The translations under genes and the position numbers were made by a program. From assembly GCA_022798795.1 (NCBI GenBank), contig JAAWNF010000003.1:1-57346 (forward strand): DNA of 57,346 bases, given 5' to 3'. The notes beneath the pieces are model-generated. The model was not told where the DNA came from, did not search any database, and saw nothing but the letters and a program-made list of their open reading frames with translations. Positions 18,965 to 30,055 of this stretch are shown one piece after another (the stretch's first letter is position 1; each line of letters starts with the position of its first letter). The stretch comes from Bacilli bacterium (GTDB taxonomy: Bacteria > Bacillota_I > Bacilli_A > RF39 > UBA660).

Positions 18965-20065
18965 ATGAGTTTAACAGCAGGAATTGTAGGATTACCAAAT
19001 GTAGGAAAATCAACTTTATTCAATGCAATTACAAAAAAAAATATATTAGCAGCCAATTATCCTTTTGCAACAATAGACCCCAATGTTGGAGTTGTAACTG
19101 TCCCAGATAAAAGATTAGAGTTTTTGCAAAATTTATATGTGCCTGATAGTTTGGTGCCTACTGCTTTTGAATTTACTGATATCGCAGGATTAGTAAAAGG
19201 AGCCTCTAATGGAGAAGGTTTGGGAAATAAATTTTTATCTCATATTAGAGAAGTAGATGCAATTGTAGAAGTAGTTAGGTGTTTTAGTGACTCTAATATT
19301 ATTCATGTTGAAAATAGTGTAGACCCAATTCGTGATATTGACATTATTAATGTAGAATTGTTACTAGCAGATTTAGAAGTAATCGATAATAGAATTACAA
19401 GAATTGGAAAAAAAGCAGGAATGTCAAAAGATAAAGAAACTATCATAGAATATAATTTATTGAATAGAATCAAAGAACAATTAGAAAAAAATGAACCTGT
19501 TCGAAAGATGGATTTTACAGAGGAAGAATATAAAATTTTGAAACCTTTTAATTTATTGACAGGGAAACCAATTATTTATATGGCAAATATTAGTGAGAAT
19601 GACTTAGCTGATGAAGATAACGAGTATGTGAAAAGAGTAAAAGAATATGCAAAAAAAGAAGGGTCAGAAGTCATTGTAGTAAGTGCAAAAGTAGAATCTG
19701 AATTAGCAGAATTAGAAGAAGAGGAAAAGAAAGAATTTTTAAAAGAACTGGGAATAGAAGAAAGTGGATTAGACCAACTTATCAAAGCAACATATTCTTT
19801 ATTAGGCTTGGCAACATATTTTACAGCAGGAACAGACGAATGCAGAGCTTGGACTTTTAGAAAAGGGATGAAAGCTCCAGAATGTGCGGGAATCATTCAT
19901 ACTGACTTTGAACGTGGTTTTATTAGAGCAGAAATTATGAGCTATGAAGATTTAAAAGAATATGGGAGTGAAAAAGCAGTAAGGGAAGCAGGAAAAATGC
20001 GTTTAGAAGGAAAAGAATATATTATGCAAGATGGAGATATTTGTCATTTTAGGTTTAATGTATAA
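18965..20065 (+). CDS. ychF: Ribosome-binding ATPase YchF
   Basis: GIVGLPNVGKST, NYPFATIDPN, DIAGLVKGA, FTAG and FIRAE motifs. Confidence 0.97.
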   Translation: MSLTAGIVGLPNVGKSTLFNAITKKNILAANYPFATIDPNVGVVTVPDKRLEFLQNLYVPDSLVPTAFEFTDIAGLVKGASNGEGLGNKFLSHIREVDAIVEVVRCFSDSNIIHVENSVDPIRDIDIINVELLLADLEVIDNRITRIGKKAGMSKDKETIIEYNLLNRIKEQLEKNEPVRKMDFTEEEYKILKPFNLLTGKPIIYMANISENDLADEDNEYVKRVKEYAKKEGSEVIVVSAKVESELAELEEEEKKEFLKELGIEESGLDQLIKATYSLLGLATYFTAGTDECRAWTFRKGMKAPECAGIIHTDFERGFIRAEIMSYEDLKEYGSEKAVREAGKMRLEGKEYIMQDGDICHFRFNV

Positions 20066-20113
20066 GAAGTTTTCATTTAGAAGCTTCTTTTTTCATAGAA
20101 TGAAAGTGAAGAC

Positions 20114-20142
20114 TTTACAAAAGTAATTGTTTTTGCTATAAT
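20114..20142 (+). promoter_or_regulatory. Sigma-A promoter of rpsF-ssb-rpsR
   Basis: TTTACA (20114-20119), 17 nt, TG-TATAAT (20137-20142). Confidence 0.8.
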
Positions 20143-20148
20143 CTATAG

Positions 20149-20203
20149 CGAGTATTGATTTACTCCTTGCTTAATTTATAAGCCAATAGACCATAAGGAG
20201 GTG
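20149..20203 (+). promoter_or_regulatory. S6:S18 autoregulatory leader
   Basis: ctcctt (20163-20168) can pair with the SD aaggag (20195-20200), the architecture of the Firmicutes rpsF leader. Confidence 0.7.
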
Positions 20204-20209
20204 TAGAAA

Positions 20210-20500
20210 ATGAGAAATTATGAAATCATGTTTATTGTTAGACCAACTTTAGGTGAAGATGAAATCAAAAAAGTTGTAGAAAACTTTTCTAGTATTTTAA
20301 CTTCAAATGGAGCGAATGTTATTGAAACTAAAGAAATGGGACAACGTGAATTAGCTTATGAAATCAAAAATTTTAAAAGCGGTTACTACTTTGTTTTTGA
20401 TGTAGAAGCAAATGATGACAAGGCGATTAAAGAATTTGACCGTTTAGCGCTTATCAGTAATGATATTGTACGTCATTTAGTTACAAAAATTGAAAAGTAG
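20210..20500 (+). CDS. rpsF: 30S ribosomal protein S6
   Basis: [12 protein letters not shown]...GQRELAYEI...GYY. Confidence 0.97.
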   Translation: MRNYEIMFIVRPTLGEDEIKKVVENFSSILTSNGANVIETKEMGQRELAYEIKNFKSGYYFVFDVEANDDKAIKEFDRLALISNDIVRHLVTKIEK

Positions 20501-20514
20501 AAAAGAGGTATTGT

Positions 20515-20979
20515 ATGAATCGTGTTGTACTTATAGGAAGACTAACTGGAAAACCAGAATTACGTTATACAGGCTCAAATTTGCCTTATGCACGTTTTTC
20601 ATTAGCGGTTAATAGAAGTTTTAGTAATGCACAAGGTCAGAGAGATACAGACTTTATTAATATTATTGTTTGGAGAAAACAAGCAGAAAATGTGTGTAAT
20701 TTCTTAGATAAAGGAAGTCTAGTATCTGTAGAAGGTAGAATACAAACAGGAAGTTATGATGATAAAGATGGAAATAAGCGTTATACAACAGATGTTGTAG
20801 CAGACGCTGTTCAATTCTTAGAGTCAAAATCACAAAGTCAAAATAGGAGTGCGAGTAGTTCAAATGAGCCAACTCCATATGATTATCAAGGTGAACCAAT
20901 GAATGACATTAATATAGATAATGACCCATTTGCGGACTTTGGAGATAGCGTTTCAATCGATGATAACTTCTTAGACTAA
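20515..20979 (+). CDS. ssb: Single-stranded DNA-binding protein
   Basis: [29 protein letters not shown] and an acidic C-terminal tip. Confidence 0.97.
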   Translation: MNRVVLIGRLTGKPELRYTGSNLPYARFSLAVNRSFSNAQGQRDTDFINIIVWRKQAENVCNFLDKGSLVSVEGRIQTGSYDDKDGNKRYTTDVVADAVQFLESKSQSQNRSASSSNEPTPYDYQGEPMNDINIDNDPFADFGDSVSIDDNFLD

Positions 20980-20992
20980 AGGAGGAATAGAC

Positions 20993-21211
20993 ATGGCTGA
21001 ATTTTATAGAAAAAAGAAAAAAATTTGTCAAATGTGCGCTGGAAAAAGTGTAGATTATAAAGATGCAGAAATTGTTAAAAAATATATTAGTAATGATAAA
21101 GGTAAAATATTACCAAGAAGAATTACTGGGGCATGTGCAAAACATCAAAGACATATTGCTAATGAAGTAAAAAAAGCACGTTTCATGGGCTTAATACCTT
21201 TTGTTAAATAG
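20993..21211 (+). CDS. rpsR: 30S ribosomal protein S18
   Basis: [17 protein letters not shown]...[10 protein letters not shown]. Confidence 0.97.
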   Translation: MAEFYRKKKKICQMCAGKSVDYKDAEIVKKYISNDKGKILPRRITGACAKHQRHIANEVKKARFMGLIPFVK

Positions 21212-21230
21212 ACCATATTGGTCTTTTTTT
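21210..21230 (+). terminator. Terminator after rpsR
   Basis: agacca-tat-tggtct plus T-tract. Confidence 0.7.
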
Positions 21231-21261
21231 ATGAAAAAAACGTATTTTGAAATACGTTCTT

Positions 21262-22236
21262 TTAATCTTTTTCAATTAAGAAGTGCTTTAATTCTTCTGG
21301 GTTTTTTCCATTTTCTACAATATCATAAATCAAATCAATAATTGGCATATCCACATTTTGGTCATTAGTAAGTTGATAAATAGACTTTAAAGTATAGAGC
21401 CCCTCAATTGTAGTAGAACATTTGTAATCTTCAATTTCATCTTTTGGGATTTTTTTCCCAATCAGTTGCCCAAAAGAAAAGTTTCTGGATTTAGGACTTG
21501 TACAGGTAAGAAGTAAATCCCCAAAACCTGCAAAAGAAAGAATTGTTTTTTTATCTCCACCAAGTTTATATATTAATTCTTTAATATCATGTAGAGATTC
21601 TGTAATAAACATAGCTTTAGTTGATTCAGGTAATTGCATTCCATCTAGGATTCCTGAAGCAATTGCAATAACATTTTTAATTGCTCCACAAATTTCAATT
21701 CCCTTAATATCTTCTGTTGTTCGCAATTTGAAGTATTCATTTTGAAAAGCTTGAACAATAATAGTGGCAGTATCTTTATTTTTTGTTCCTAAAGATAACC
21801 CAATCGGGATTTTTTTTACAATATCAACAGCAAAAGAAGGACCAGAAATAACTGCTAAATTTTGAGTATTAATATATTTTTTTATAACATCATCGACAAA
21901 TAAACAGGTATCATTTTCAATTCCTTTGCTAGCAATACATAAATGTTGATTTGGTTCCAAGATAGAATTTAATTCTTTTGCGACATCATCTACAAAAGCA
22001 GCGGGTACAGCAATTACAATTAATTCTTTATCTAGGATAGCTTCTTTCATATTGGTTGTAAAAGAAATATCCACAGGAATTGTGTAGTTTGGTAATTTTG
22101 AACTTGTTCTAGTATTTTCTAATTCTTCGATTTCTGTGGAAAATTTTGACCACATTGAGACAGTATGTTGGTTATGTTTTAAGACACTAGCTAGAGCGAT
22201 TCCATATGCTCCAGTACCTAATATAGCAATTTTCAT
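21262..22236 (-). CDS. gpsA: NAD(P)H-dependent glycerol-3-phosphate dehydrogenase
   Basis: GTGAYG, ASKG, ISGPSFA, GAIKNVIAI, GFGDLLLTC and SRN motifs. Confidence 0.94.
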   Translation of the reverse strand: MKIAILGTGAYGIALASVLKHNQHTVSMWSKFSTEIEELENTRTSSKLPNYTIPVDISFTTNMKEAILDKELIVIAVPAAFVDDVAKELNSILEPNQHLCIASKGIENDTCLFVDDVIKKYINTQNLAVISGPSFAVDIVKKIPIGLSLGTKNKDTATIIVQAFQNEYFKLRTTEDIKGIEICGAIKNVIAIASGILDGMQLPESTKAMFITESLHDIKELIYKLGGDKKTILSFAGFGDLLLTCTSPKSRNFSFGQLIGKKIPKDEIEDYKCSTTIEGLYTLKSIYQLTNDQNVDMPIIDLIYDIVENGKNPEELKHFLIEKD

Positions 22237-22443
22237 AAAAAACCTCCTTTATCATATAACCATATTATAGCACATTTTTTATAAATAAAAAATGATACAT
22301 ACTGGGGTTTTTTATTTCTAAAAAGCAATTGATAAGAGTAGAGGTCTAATTATTTTAAAAAAGGATAAAATTTACTGTAGCAAAGAAAACAACAATATGA
22401 TAGAATAGTAAACAATTATTATGTTATGGGAAGGGTGTTTTGT

Positions 22444-24714
22444 ATGAAAAATGTGATTTCTACTCCATTTGGAAATTTTGAGGTGAAGCAAAATAATAAG
22501 CCATTAGAATTTAATTGTATAATTAAAAATTATTCATCAAATAAATCTCCAGCTTTAATTCGTCTATATGTAGTAGAAGTAGAAACCAAAGGACAAGACT
22601 CTCTAATTTGTGGATTTGAAAAGCCTATTTTTGAGAAGCTGAGTAAAGATGAACATTCAACGACATTATTTGTAGAAAATGATACTTTAGTATTAGGATT
22701 ATGTAGTCTAAATCCGAATAAACAGACTTATATCATGACAACCAATGATGAATATGGTTTTACATATAAAACGGAAAATAAAATAACTTTAATTCTTTGT
22801 TGTATAGAAAAAGACAAATTTAAAGATGCGAAAAAGGTGATTGAAAAAGCAATCAAAAGTGAAATAGAAGCTACTATGAATATAAAGATTAAAAAAGAAA
22901 AAAAACAAAGTAAACCAATAGCTACGATTTTTCTATTTGGTTTGTTATCGTTGATATATGCAATTTTTGCATTCCTTTTAATGAAATATAAAATAGTTAG
23001 TAATGAAACTTTAAAAAAAATAGGCATTGGAATTTTGGGGGTTTTATTGACATCCTTTGCACTGGCTAATTTATCTGGTTCAAAAGAACAAAGAAAAATG
23101 AAAAAAACAAAAACGACATTTTTGATATCGTTGTTGTTGCTAATTATGATATTAATAAGCATTGGATTAACACTATATATAATATTAATTAGAACTGGTG
23201 TAGTAAAAAATGAAATGATTTTAGGAATAGGTCTCATGATTATTTCTCTCGTAATTTTGTGTTGGTTCGTATCAGAATATAAAATAGAGAAAAAAGCCTA
23301 CGATGAAATTTTAAAAAAAAAGGAAACAAAAGAAAGCATTAATGTAGGAGAAAAAACAAAACAAATTCATCCTAACCTTTTATATTTAACAAATATGTTT
23401 CCAAAAAAATTAAAAAATGATTGTATAAACTTAATAAGCAAATTTCAAATAGAAAATATAAAAATGAGTGAATTAACAACAACGTATCAGTTAACAAGAG
23501 AAACGGTAACGATTCCCTATCGTATTGAAATAATAGAACAAGAAGTCGAAAATTTAAATGAAACAGAAAAAATTCTATTGTATTGTATTTATACAAGACA
23601 TTATGATGGGCATATCAGGGAAAAATACATAAAAAAATTATTAGAAATAGAATTATATGAATGGGAATTTCCATTTTTGCTACAATTAAGTCAAGAGTAT
23701 GTATATGAAATTGTGGAAGTTATTTATAATGAATTAAAAAAAGGAAAAAATGTTAAATTAAAAGAATTTGCAAAAAACAACAAAGAATTGATGTGTAAAG
23801 GATATTCGAAGATGTTAGAATATTGGAATCGTTTTTATAGGAATAAATGTTTAAATTTGCATAACTATGTAGGAAGAAAACTATTTTATGAGTGTTTTGG
23901 GTATAGTAGAAAGTATGAAAAGAAAAGATATCAATGTGCTTGCTGCCAAAATAAGACGATTATTGGTTATTTCATTCATTATTATAATGAACCATGTCCA
24001 GTTTGTCATTGGCAAAACAATATCATTCAAAATAATGACCCAAATAAGGAAGGAATCAATCAAGTAACATTAAAAGAAGCACAAGAAAACTATCAGAAAT
24101 TTGGTGCGATAAAAGAAGAATATGTGTCTCTTGTTAGAGAGCCAACAGAAAAAGAAAAAGTGAAAATGAATGTAGAGCAAATCATAAAATTGATTAAAAT
24201 GACACTTATAAAAGAAGGAATGACAAGAAACAAAAAAGGACTCTATGAATATCAAAAACAATATTTTAAAATTAGTTATTGTGAAAATAATATTTTAATA
24301 GAAAAAGCCAAAAACAAAACTGATATAGAAAAAAATATTTGGGAGTTAGTAGAGAAAGTCAAGGTAGAATTTGATTATAAATTATTGATAGAAAAAATAG
24401 TATCAATAATAAAGGCATGTGAAAAGAAAAAAAGCAAAAAACTTTCAAAAGCAGAAAAAGATAAAATTGTAGAAGAAGAAATTAATCGTTGGAATCCATT
24501 AGGATTAATCAAAGATGAAAAAGCAAATGGAGAATATCAACTAGAAATTAAAAAGGTAACAACAAAGTTAAGCAAACTGAAAACAGAAATAGAATTAAAG
24601 GAACATATAGAGCAAGTCTTTCAGCAATTATTTGGAGAAAATCTATTCATGAATAAGAAAAAAGAAGTAGAAGAAGTAGCTAAATTAGTATGGGAAAGAA
24701 TGAATCAAAAATAG
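22444..24714 (+). CDS. Large multi-module membrane protein (N-terminal domain, 4 TM helices, TRHxDG domain, Cys-rich CPCC domain, unknown module, DUF1871-like domain)
   Basis: Continuous ORF, probable ATG 22444. TM block about 22920-23270; IYTRHYDGHIRE...WEFPF..EYVYEI...YWNRFYR; CACC...CPVCHWQ...INQVTLKEAQENY; RWNPLG...EYQLEI...FQQLFG. Confidence 0.8.
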   Translation: MKNVISTPFGNFEVKQNNKPLEFNCIIKNYSSNKSPALIRLYVVEVETKGQDSLICGFEKPIFEKLSKDEHSTTLFVENDTLVLGLCSLNPNKQTYIMTTNDEYGFTYKTENKITLILCCIEKDKFKDAKKVIEKAIKSEIEATMNIKIKKEKKQSKPIATIFLFGLLSLIYAIFAFLLMKYKIVSNETLKKIGIGILGVLLTSFALANLSGSKEQRKMKKTKTTFLISLLLLIMILISIGLTLYIILIRTGVVKNEMILGIGLMIISLVILCWFVSEYKIEKKAYDEILKKKETKESINVGEKTKQIHPNLLYLTNMFPKKLKNDCINLISKFQIENIKMSELTTTYQLTRETVTIPYRIEIIEQEVENLNETEKILLYCIYTRHYDGHIREKYIKKLLEIELYEWEFPFLLQLSQEYVYEIVEVIYNELKKGKNVKLKEFAKNNKELMCKGYSKMLEYWNRFYRNKCLNLHNYVGRKLFYECFGYSRKYEKKRYQCACCQNKTIIGYFIHYYNEPCPVCHWQNNIIQNNDPNKEGINQVTLKEAQENYQKFGAIKEEYVSLVREPTEKEKVKMNVEQIIKLIKMTLIKEGMTRNKKGLYEYQKQYFKISYCENNILIEKAKNKTDIEKNIWELVEKVKVEFDYKLLIEKIVSIIKACEKKKSKKLSKAEKDKIVEEEINRWNPLGLIKDEKANGEYQLEIKKVTTKLSKLKTEIELKEHIEQVFQQLFGENLFMNKKKEVEEVAKLVWERMNQK

Positions 24715-24715
24715 G

Positions 24716-24737
24716 AAAGTGCAAAAGCACTTTTTTT
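24716..24737 (+). terminator. Intrinsic terminator
   Basis: aaagtgc-aaaa-gcacttttttt. Confidence 0.8.
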
Positions 24738-24803
24738 AATAAAAAAACAATATAGTAATTCTGTAAAAATTTAAAAAAATTTGATGAAAATCATAAAAAT
24801 GTG

Positions 24804-24832
24804 TTGCATTTCATACAATTATCGTGTATACT
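24804..24832 (+). promoter_or_regulatory. Sigma-A promoter of the S10 operon
   Basis: TTGCAT (24804-24809), 17 nt, TATACT (24827-24832). Confidence 0.8.
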
Positions 24833-24839
24833 TTTGAAT

Positions 24840-24960
24840 GTGTGGCATGCATTGATGTGTGAGGTTGCTGATACGCCCGGTTAAGTTGTGAAATAATTTA
24901 AAAGGGAATTCGGGTTTTTACACGGAGCAAGTCTATACTGGATATAGGCGAGAGGAGGAT
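24840..24960 (+). promoter_or_regulatory. Conserved Bacillota rpsJ (S10) leader RNA
   Basis: gaggttgctgatacgcccgg...cacggag...taggcgagaggagg resembles the conserved Bacillus rpsJ 5' leader. Confidence 0.75.
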
Positions 24961-24966
24961 ATAAAT

Positions 24967-25275
24967 ATGTCTAAGACAAAAGTTCGCATCAAATTGAAAG
25001 CATTTGAACACAAGAGTTTAGATACAGCTTGCGCAAAAATTGTTGAAACTGTAAAAAGAACTGGTGGAGAAGTAAGTGGTCCAATTCCACTTCCAACAGA
25101 AGTAGAAAAAATCACTATTTTAAGAGCTGTTCACAAATATAAAGATTCTCGTGAACAATTTGAAAAGAGAACACACAAAAGACTTATTGATATCAATAAT
25201 CCAAGTAAGGAGACTATTGAGGCATTAACTCATTTAGATATTCCAAGTGGTGTTGATATTCAGATTAAATTATAA
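24967..25275 (+). CDS. rpsJ: 30S ribosomal protein S10
   Basis: [25 protein letters not shown]. Confidence 0.98.
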   Translation: MSKTKVRIKLKAFEHKSLDTACAKIVETVKRTGGEVSGPIPLPTEVEKITILRAVHKYKDSREQFEKRTHKRLIDINNPSKETIEALTHLDIPSGVDIQIKL

Positions 25276-25291
25276 TTTAGGAGGAAAAGTT

Positions 25292-26059
25292 ATGAAAAAA
25301 GGAATCTTAGGTCGTAAAATTGGAATGACTCAAGTATTTACACAATCAGGTAAATTGATTCCGGTAACTGTTGTATCTGTAGAACCAAATGTGGTAACAC
25401 AAATTAAGACTATGGAAAATGATGGTTATGAAGCAATTCAACTTGGATTTGATACAAAGAGAGAAAAGTTAGCGACAAAAGCTTCTATTGGTCATACCAA
25501 TAAAGCAAATACTACACCTAAGCGCTTCTTTAGAGAAATTAGAGGTGTAGATATAAACAACTATTCTTTAGGGCAAGAAGTAAAAGTAGATACTTTTGTT
25601 GAAGGAGAAGTTGTTGATGTTACAGGAGTAACAAAAGGAAAAGGTTTCCAAGGTGTTATTAAACGTCATGGGCAAAGTCGTGGACCTATGGGACATGGGT
25701 CACATTATCATAGAAAACCAGGTTCAATGGGAACTATGAGACCAATGCGTGTATTCAAAGGTAAAAAATTACCAGGACATATGGGACAATTAACAGTAAC
25801 AATCCAAAACTTAGAGGTTGTGGCTGTTGATTTAGAAAATAATGTAATTTTAATTAAAGGTAATGTTCCAGGAGCTAAAAATTCATTAGTAATTATTGAA
25901 TCAGCTGTAAAAAATCCTGATAAAGTAAACGCAAGAGAAGAATTGGTTTCTTACGTTACCGAAAAAACACCTGAGAATCCAGAAAGCGCTGAAGTAGAAG
26001 AAACTGTAGAAACTGAATCAGAAACAGTTGCAGAAGAAACTACTGAAGTGACTGAGTAA
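25292..26059 (+). CDS. rplC: 50S ribosomal protein L3 with an acidic C-terminal tail
   Basis: [32 protein letters not shown]. The start is moved to ATG 25292. Confidence 0.98.
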   Translation: MKKGILGRKIGMTQVFTQSGKLIPVTVVSVEPNVVTQIKTMENDGYEAIQLGFDTKREKLATKASIGHTNKANTTPKRFFREIRGVDINNYSLGQEVKVDTFVEGEVVDVTGVTKGKGFQGVIKRHGQSRGPMGHGSHYHRKPGSMGTMRPMRVFKGKKLPGHMGQLTVTIQNLEVVAVDLENNVILIKGNVPGAKNSLVIIESAVKNPDKVNAREELVSYVTEKTPENPESAEVEETVETESETVAEETTEVTE

Positions 26060-26070
26060 GGAGGAATAGT

Positions 26071-26694
26071 ATGGAAAAATTATCTGTATTAAATATAAAA
26101 GGTGAAAAAGTTAAAGATATTACCTTAAACGAAACAGTATGGGGAATTACTCCAAATGATGCTGTATTGTATGATGCAATTACATTAACAAGAAATGCTT
26201 TAAGACAAGGTACTGCAGATACTAAAACTCGTAGTGAAGTAAGTGGTGGAGGCAGAAAACCATGGAAGCAAAAAGGAACAGGACGTGCTAGACAAGGAAG
26301 TACTCGTGCACCTCATTGGATTAAAGGTGGTATTGTGTTTGGACCACATCCAAGAAGCTATAGTAAGAAAATGAACAGAAAAGAAAGAAGATTGGCTTTG
26401 AAATCTGCTCTATCTTACAAAGTATTAGATAAAGAATTAACAATTGTAGATAACTTTATCGTAGAAACAAACAAAACAAAAGATATGAAAAATATTTTAG
26501 CTAATTTAAAAGCAGAAGGTAAAACATTAATTGTAGTAGAAGAATTAAATGACAATGTTATTTTAGGAACTCGTAATTTATCAAATGTTGTTTTACTTGA
26601 AGCATCTGAAATTAACACATTAGATATTGTTGGGTCAGATAAAATGATTATTACTGAAGCAGCAGTAAAAGCAATTGAGGAGGTGCTTGTATAA
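26071..26694 (+). CDS. rplD: 50S ribosomal protein L4
   Basis: [32 protein letters not shown]. Confidence 0.98.
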   Translation: MEKLSVLNIKGEKVKDITLNETVWGITPNDAVLYDAITLTRNALRQGTADTKTRSEVSGGGRKPWKQKGTGRARQGSTRAPHWIKGGIVFGPHPRSYSKKMNRKERRLALKSALSYKVLDKELTIVDNFIVETNKTKDMKNILANLKAEGKTLIVVEELNDNVILGTRNLSNVVLLEASEINTLDIVGSDKMIITEAAVKAIEEVLV

Positions 26695-26969
26695 TGAATT
26701 ATAGAAGTATTATAAAAGCTCCAATTATTACTGAGAAAAGTGCTGAATTAGCAGAACACAATACTTATGTATTTAGTGTTGATACAAAAGCGAATAAAAC
26801 AGCGATTAAACAAGCAATTGAAAATATTTTCAATGTAAAAGTAGAAAGCGTTAATACAATTAACGTAAAACCAAAGAAAAAAAGAGTTGGTCGTTATGTA
26901 GGGAAGACTAACCGAGTAAAAAAAGCAATTGTTAAATTAAAAGAAGGAAGTTCAATTGAACTTAACTAA
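26694..26969 (+). CDS. rplW: 50S ribosomal protein L23
   Basis: [29 protein letters not shown]. Confidence 0.97.
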   Translation: MNYRSIIKAPIITEKSAELAEHNTYVFSVDTKANKTAIKQAIENIFNVKVESVNTINVKPKKKRVGRYVGKTNRVKKAIVKLKEGSSIELN

Positions 26970-26989
26970 CGAATTAGGAGGACACATAT

Positions 26990-27820
26990 ATGGCGATTAA
27001 AACATATAAACCAATGACCAATGGTACTCGTGGAATGTCAAAATTAATCAACGATGAAATTACAAAGACAACTCCAGAAAAATCATTAGTTGTTACATTA
27101 AAGAAAAATGGTGGTCGTAACAACCAAGGTAGAATTACAGTTAGACACCGTGGTGGTGGAGCAAAAAGAAAATACCGTATCATTGATTTCAAAAGAAACA
27201 AAGATGGTGTTGTTGGAACAGTTGCTTCTATCGAATATGACCCAAACAGAACAGCTAACATTGCTTTAATTAAATATGCTGATGGAGAAAAAAGATATAT
27301 TATTGCTCCAAAAGGATTAAAAGTTGGAATGAAAGTAGAAAGTGGAGAAAACGCTGACATTAAAGTTGGACATTCATTACCACTTGCAAATATTCCAGAA
27401 GGTACAATGGTTCATAATATTGAATTAAAACCTGGAAAAGGTGGAGAACTTGCTCGTTCAGCTGGGTCTTCAGTTCAAATATTAGGACGTGAAGGAAGAT
27501 ATACATTACTTCGACTAACAAGTGGAGAAGTTCGTAAAGTATTAAGTACTTGTAGAGCTACTGTCGGAGAAGTAGGAAATGCAGATCATGAATTAGTAAA
27601 GATTGGTAAAGCAGGTCGTAAAAGACATATGGGTATCCGTCCAACAGTTCGTGGTTCTGTTATGAACCCTAATGACCACCCTCATGGTGGAGGAGAAGGA
27701 CGTGCGCCAATCGGACGTAAGGGACCAGTTACTCCATGGGGTAAACCAGCATTAGGATATAAAACAAGAGACAGCAAAAAAGCTTCAAATAAGTTAATTG
27801 TTCGTCGTCGTAACAAATAG
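26990..27820 (+). CDS. rplB: 50S ribosomal protein L2
   Basis: [33 protein letters not shown]. Confidence 0.98.
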   Translation: MAIKTYKPMTNGTRGMSKLINDEITKTTPEKSLVVTLKKNGGRNNQGRITVRHRGGGAKRKYRIIDFKRNKDGVVGTVASIEYDPNRTANIALIKYADGEKRYIIAPKGLKVGMKVESGENADIKVGHSLPLANIPEGTMVHNIELKPGKGGELARSAGSSVQILGREGRYTLLRLTSGEVRKVLSTCRATVGEVGNADHELVKIGKAGRKRHMGIRPTVRGSVMNPNDHPHGGGEGRAPIGRKGPVTPWGKPALGYKTRDSKKASNKLIVRRRNK

Positions 27821-27836
27821 TGAAAGGATGGTTTAA

Positions 27837-28109
27837 ATGGCTAGAAGTTTAAAAAAGGGACCTTTCGTTGATAAAAGTTTAATGAATAAGGTTAAAAAAG
27901 TAAATGAATCTGGAAAAAAAGAAGTAATTAAAACATGGTCACGCCGTTCAACAATTTATCCTGAATTTATTGGACACACATTTGCTGTTCATAATGGTAA
28001 AGAATTTATTCCTGTTTATGTAACAGAAGACATGGTAGGACATAAATTAGGAGAGTTTGCTTTAACTCGTAAATTTGGCGGACATGGTGACGACAAAGGT
28101 AAAAAATAG
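27837..28109 (+). CDS. rpsS: 30S ribosomal protein S19
   Basis: [25 protein letters not shown]. Confidence 0.98.
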   Translation: MARSLKKGPFVDKSLMNKVKKVNESGKKEVIKTWSRRSTIYPEFIGHTFAVHNGKEFIPVYVTEDMVGHKLGEFALTRKFGGHGDDKGKK

Positions 28110-28129
28110 CAGGCGAAGGGAGGACTAAA

Positions 28130-28465
28130 ATGGAAGCAAAAGCGATTGCAAAGGGAATTAGAATCCCAGCTCGTAAAGCTCGTTTAGTGATCGATTTAGT
28201 ACGTGGTAAAGACGTAATCGAAGCTGATAAAATTTTAAATAACATGAATAAAGAAGCTGCAAGAATAATACGTAAAGTATTAACTTCTGCAGTAGCAAAT
28301 GCAGAAAACAACTTGGGTTTAGATAAAGAAAAATTAGTTGTAAAAGAAGCATATGTAAATGAAGGAGCTACAATGAAAAGAATGAGATTTGGTTCTCGTG
28401 GACATGTAGATCCAATTAAAAAAAGAACAAGTCATATTACAATTATTGTAAGTGAAAAAAATTAA
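28130..28465 (+). CDS. rplV: 50S ribosomal protein L22
   Basis: RKARLVIDLVRG, SAVANAENN, KRTSHITI. Confidence 0.98.
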   Translation: MEAKAIAKGIRIPARKARLVIDLVRGKDVIEADKILNNMNKEAARIIRKVLTSAVANAENNLGLDKEKLVVKEAYVNEGATMKRMRFGSRGHVDPIKKRTSHITIIVSEKN

Positions 28466-28482
28466 GCAAAGGAGGATAACTG

Positions 28483-29163
28483 ATGGGTCAAAAAGTTAGT
28501 CCAATAGGACTTAGAATGGGAATCAATAAAACTTGGGAATCTAAATGGTATGCAGATAACAAAGATTTTGCTAAGTTTTTAAATAATGATGTACAGATTC
28601 GTGCATATTTATCTAAAAGATTAAAAGACGCAGCAGTTTCAAGTATTCTTATCGAAAGAACCGCTAAAAAGACAGATGTAATTATTAACACTGCAAAGCC
28701 TGGTGTTGTCATTGGTCATGGCGGAGATGAAATTGAAAAAATAAAAAAAGAATTATCAAAATTAGTAAAAGAAGAGATTCAAATTTCAATCATGGAAATT
28801 AAGAATCCAGATGTAGATGCAGCACTTGTTGCAGAAAATATTGCACATCAAATCGAAGGCCGTGTATCATTTAGAATTGCACAAAAAAGAGCGATTCGTA
28901 ATGCAATGAAAGCAGGAGCAAAAGGAATTAAAACTTCTGTATCAGGTCGTTTAGGTGGAGCTGATATGGCAAGAACAGAAGGATATACAGAAGGTAACAT
29001 TCCACTTCATACTTTAAGAGCAGATATTGATTATGCTCATAAAGAAGCTGATACAACTTATGGAAAAATCGGTGTAAAAGTATGGATTTACAAAGGAGAA
29101 ATACTTCCTGGTGCAAAAAATAAGGGAGGTAATGAAAATGGCAGTCATTCCAAAAAGAACTAA
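28483..29163 (+). CDS. rpsC: 30S ribosomal protein S3
   Basis: [34 protein letters not shown]. Confidence 0.98.
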   Translation: MGQKVSPIGLRMGINKTWESKWYADNKDFAKFLNNDVQIRAYLSKRLKDAAVSSILIERTAKKTDVIINTAKPGVVIGHGGDEIEKIKKELSKLVKEEIQISIMEIKNPDVDAALVAENIAHQIEGRVSFRIAQKRAIRNAMKAGAKGIKTSVSGRLGGADMARTEGYTEGNIPLHTLRADIDYAHKEADTTYGKIGVKVWIYKGEILPGAKNKGGNENGSHSKKN

Positions 29164-29572
29164 ATATCGTAGACCTCATCGTTTAAGATATGATGGAGTT
29201 ACGAAAGGAAATAAAGAACTTCATTTTGGTGAATATGGATTAATGGCAATGGAGGGAACTTGGATTACACAACAACAAATTGAATCTGCCCGTGTTGCTA
29301 TGACTCGTTATATGAAGCGTGGAGGAAAAGTATGGATTAACATCTTCCCACACTTATCATTAACTAAAATCCCATTAGAAACTCGTATGGGTAAAGGTAA
29401 AGGTCAACCAGAAGCTTGGGTTGCAGTAGTAAAAAAAGGAAAAATCATGTTTGAAATTGGAGGCGTTAGTGAAGAAATCGCTCGTGAAGCATTAAGACTT
29501 GCTATGCATAAACTTCCAATTAAATGTAAATTTGTAAAAAAAGAAGAAAGTGGTGAGGCTAATGAAAAATAG
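29138..29572 (+). CDS. rplP: 50S ribosomal protein L16
   Basis: PKRTKYR, QIESAR, RMGKGKG. The start is moved to ATG 29138 behind GGAGG. Confidence 0.97.
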   Translation: MAVIPKRTKYRRPHRLRYDGVTKGNKELHFGEYGLMAMEGTWITQQQIESARVAMTRYMKRGGKVWINIFPHLSLTKIPLETRMGKGKGQPEAWVAVVKKGKIMFEIGGVSEEIAREALRLAMHKLPIKCKFVKKEESGEANEK

Positions 29573-29753
29573 TGAAATTAGAGCTATGTCTAATGAAGAA
29601 ATTTTGAAAAAAATTGAAGAATCTAATGAAGAATTATTTAATTTACGTTTTAGCCAAGCTACTGGAAATTTAGAAAAGCCATCAAGAATTAGAGAACTTA
29701 GAAAATTAGTAGCACGTATGAAAACGATTCTTCGTGAACGTGAAGGTAAATAG
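29562..29753 (+). CDS. rpmC: 50S ribosomal protein L29
   Basis: ELFNLRF.QATG.LE.P.RI...RK.VAR.KT. Confidence 0.96.
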   Translation: MKNSEIRAMSNEEILKKIEESNEELFNLRFSQATGNLEKPSRIRELRKLVARMKTILREREGK

Positions 29754-29764
29754 GGAGGTAACGT

Positions 29765-30025
29765 ATGAAAGAAAATAAAGCTCGTGAATTAGTTGGTAAA
29801 GTAGTTAGCGACAAGAACGACAAAACAATTACTGTTTTAGTTGAAACTTATAAAACTGACCCATTATACAAAAAACGTGTTAAATATTCTAAAAAATTTA
29901 CTGCACATGATGAAAAAAATGAAGCAAAAACTGGAGATACTGTACGTATTGCAGAAACTAGACCACTATCTAGAACAAAACGTTTCCGTTTAGTTGAAAT
30001 AGTAGAAAAAGCAGTTATCTTATAA
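29765..30025 (+). CDS. rpsQ: 30S ribosomal protein S17
   Basis: GKVVSDK.DKTITV, AHDEKN, ETRPLS. Confidence 0.97.
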   Translation: MKENKARELVGKVVSDKNDKTITVLVETYKTDPLYKKRVKYSKKFTAHDEKNEAKTGDTVRIAETRPLSRTKRFRLVEIVEKAVIL

Positions 30026-30055
30026 TAGCTGTAACGGATAAAGGAGGATTCATAT

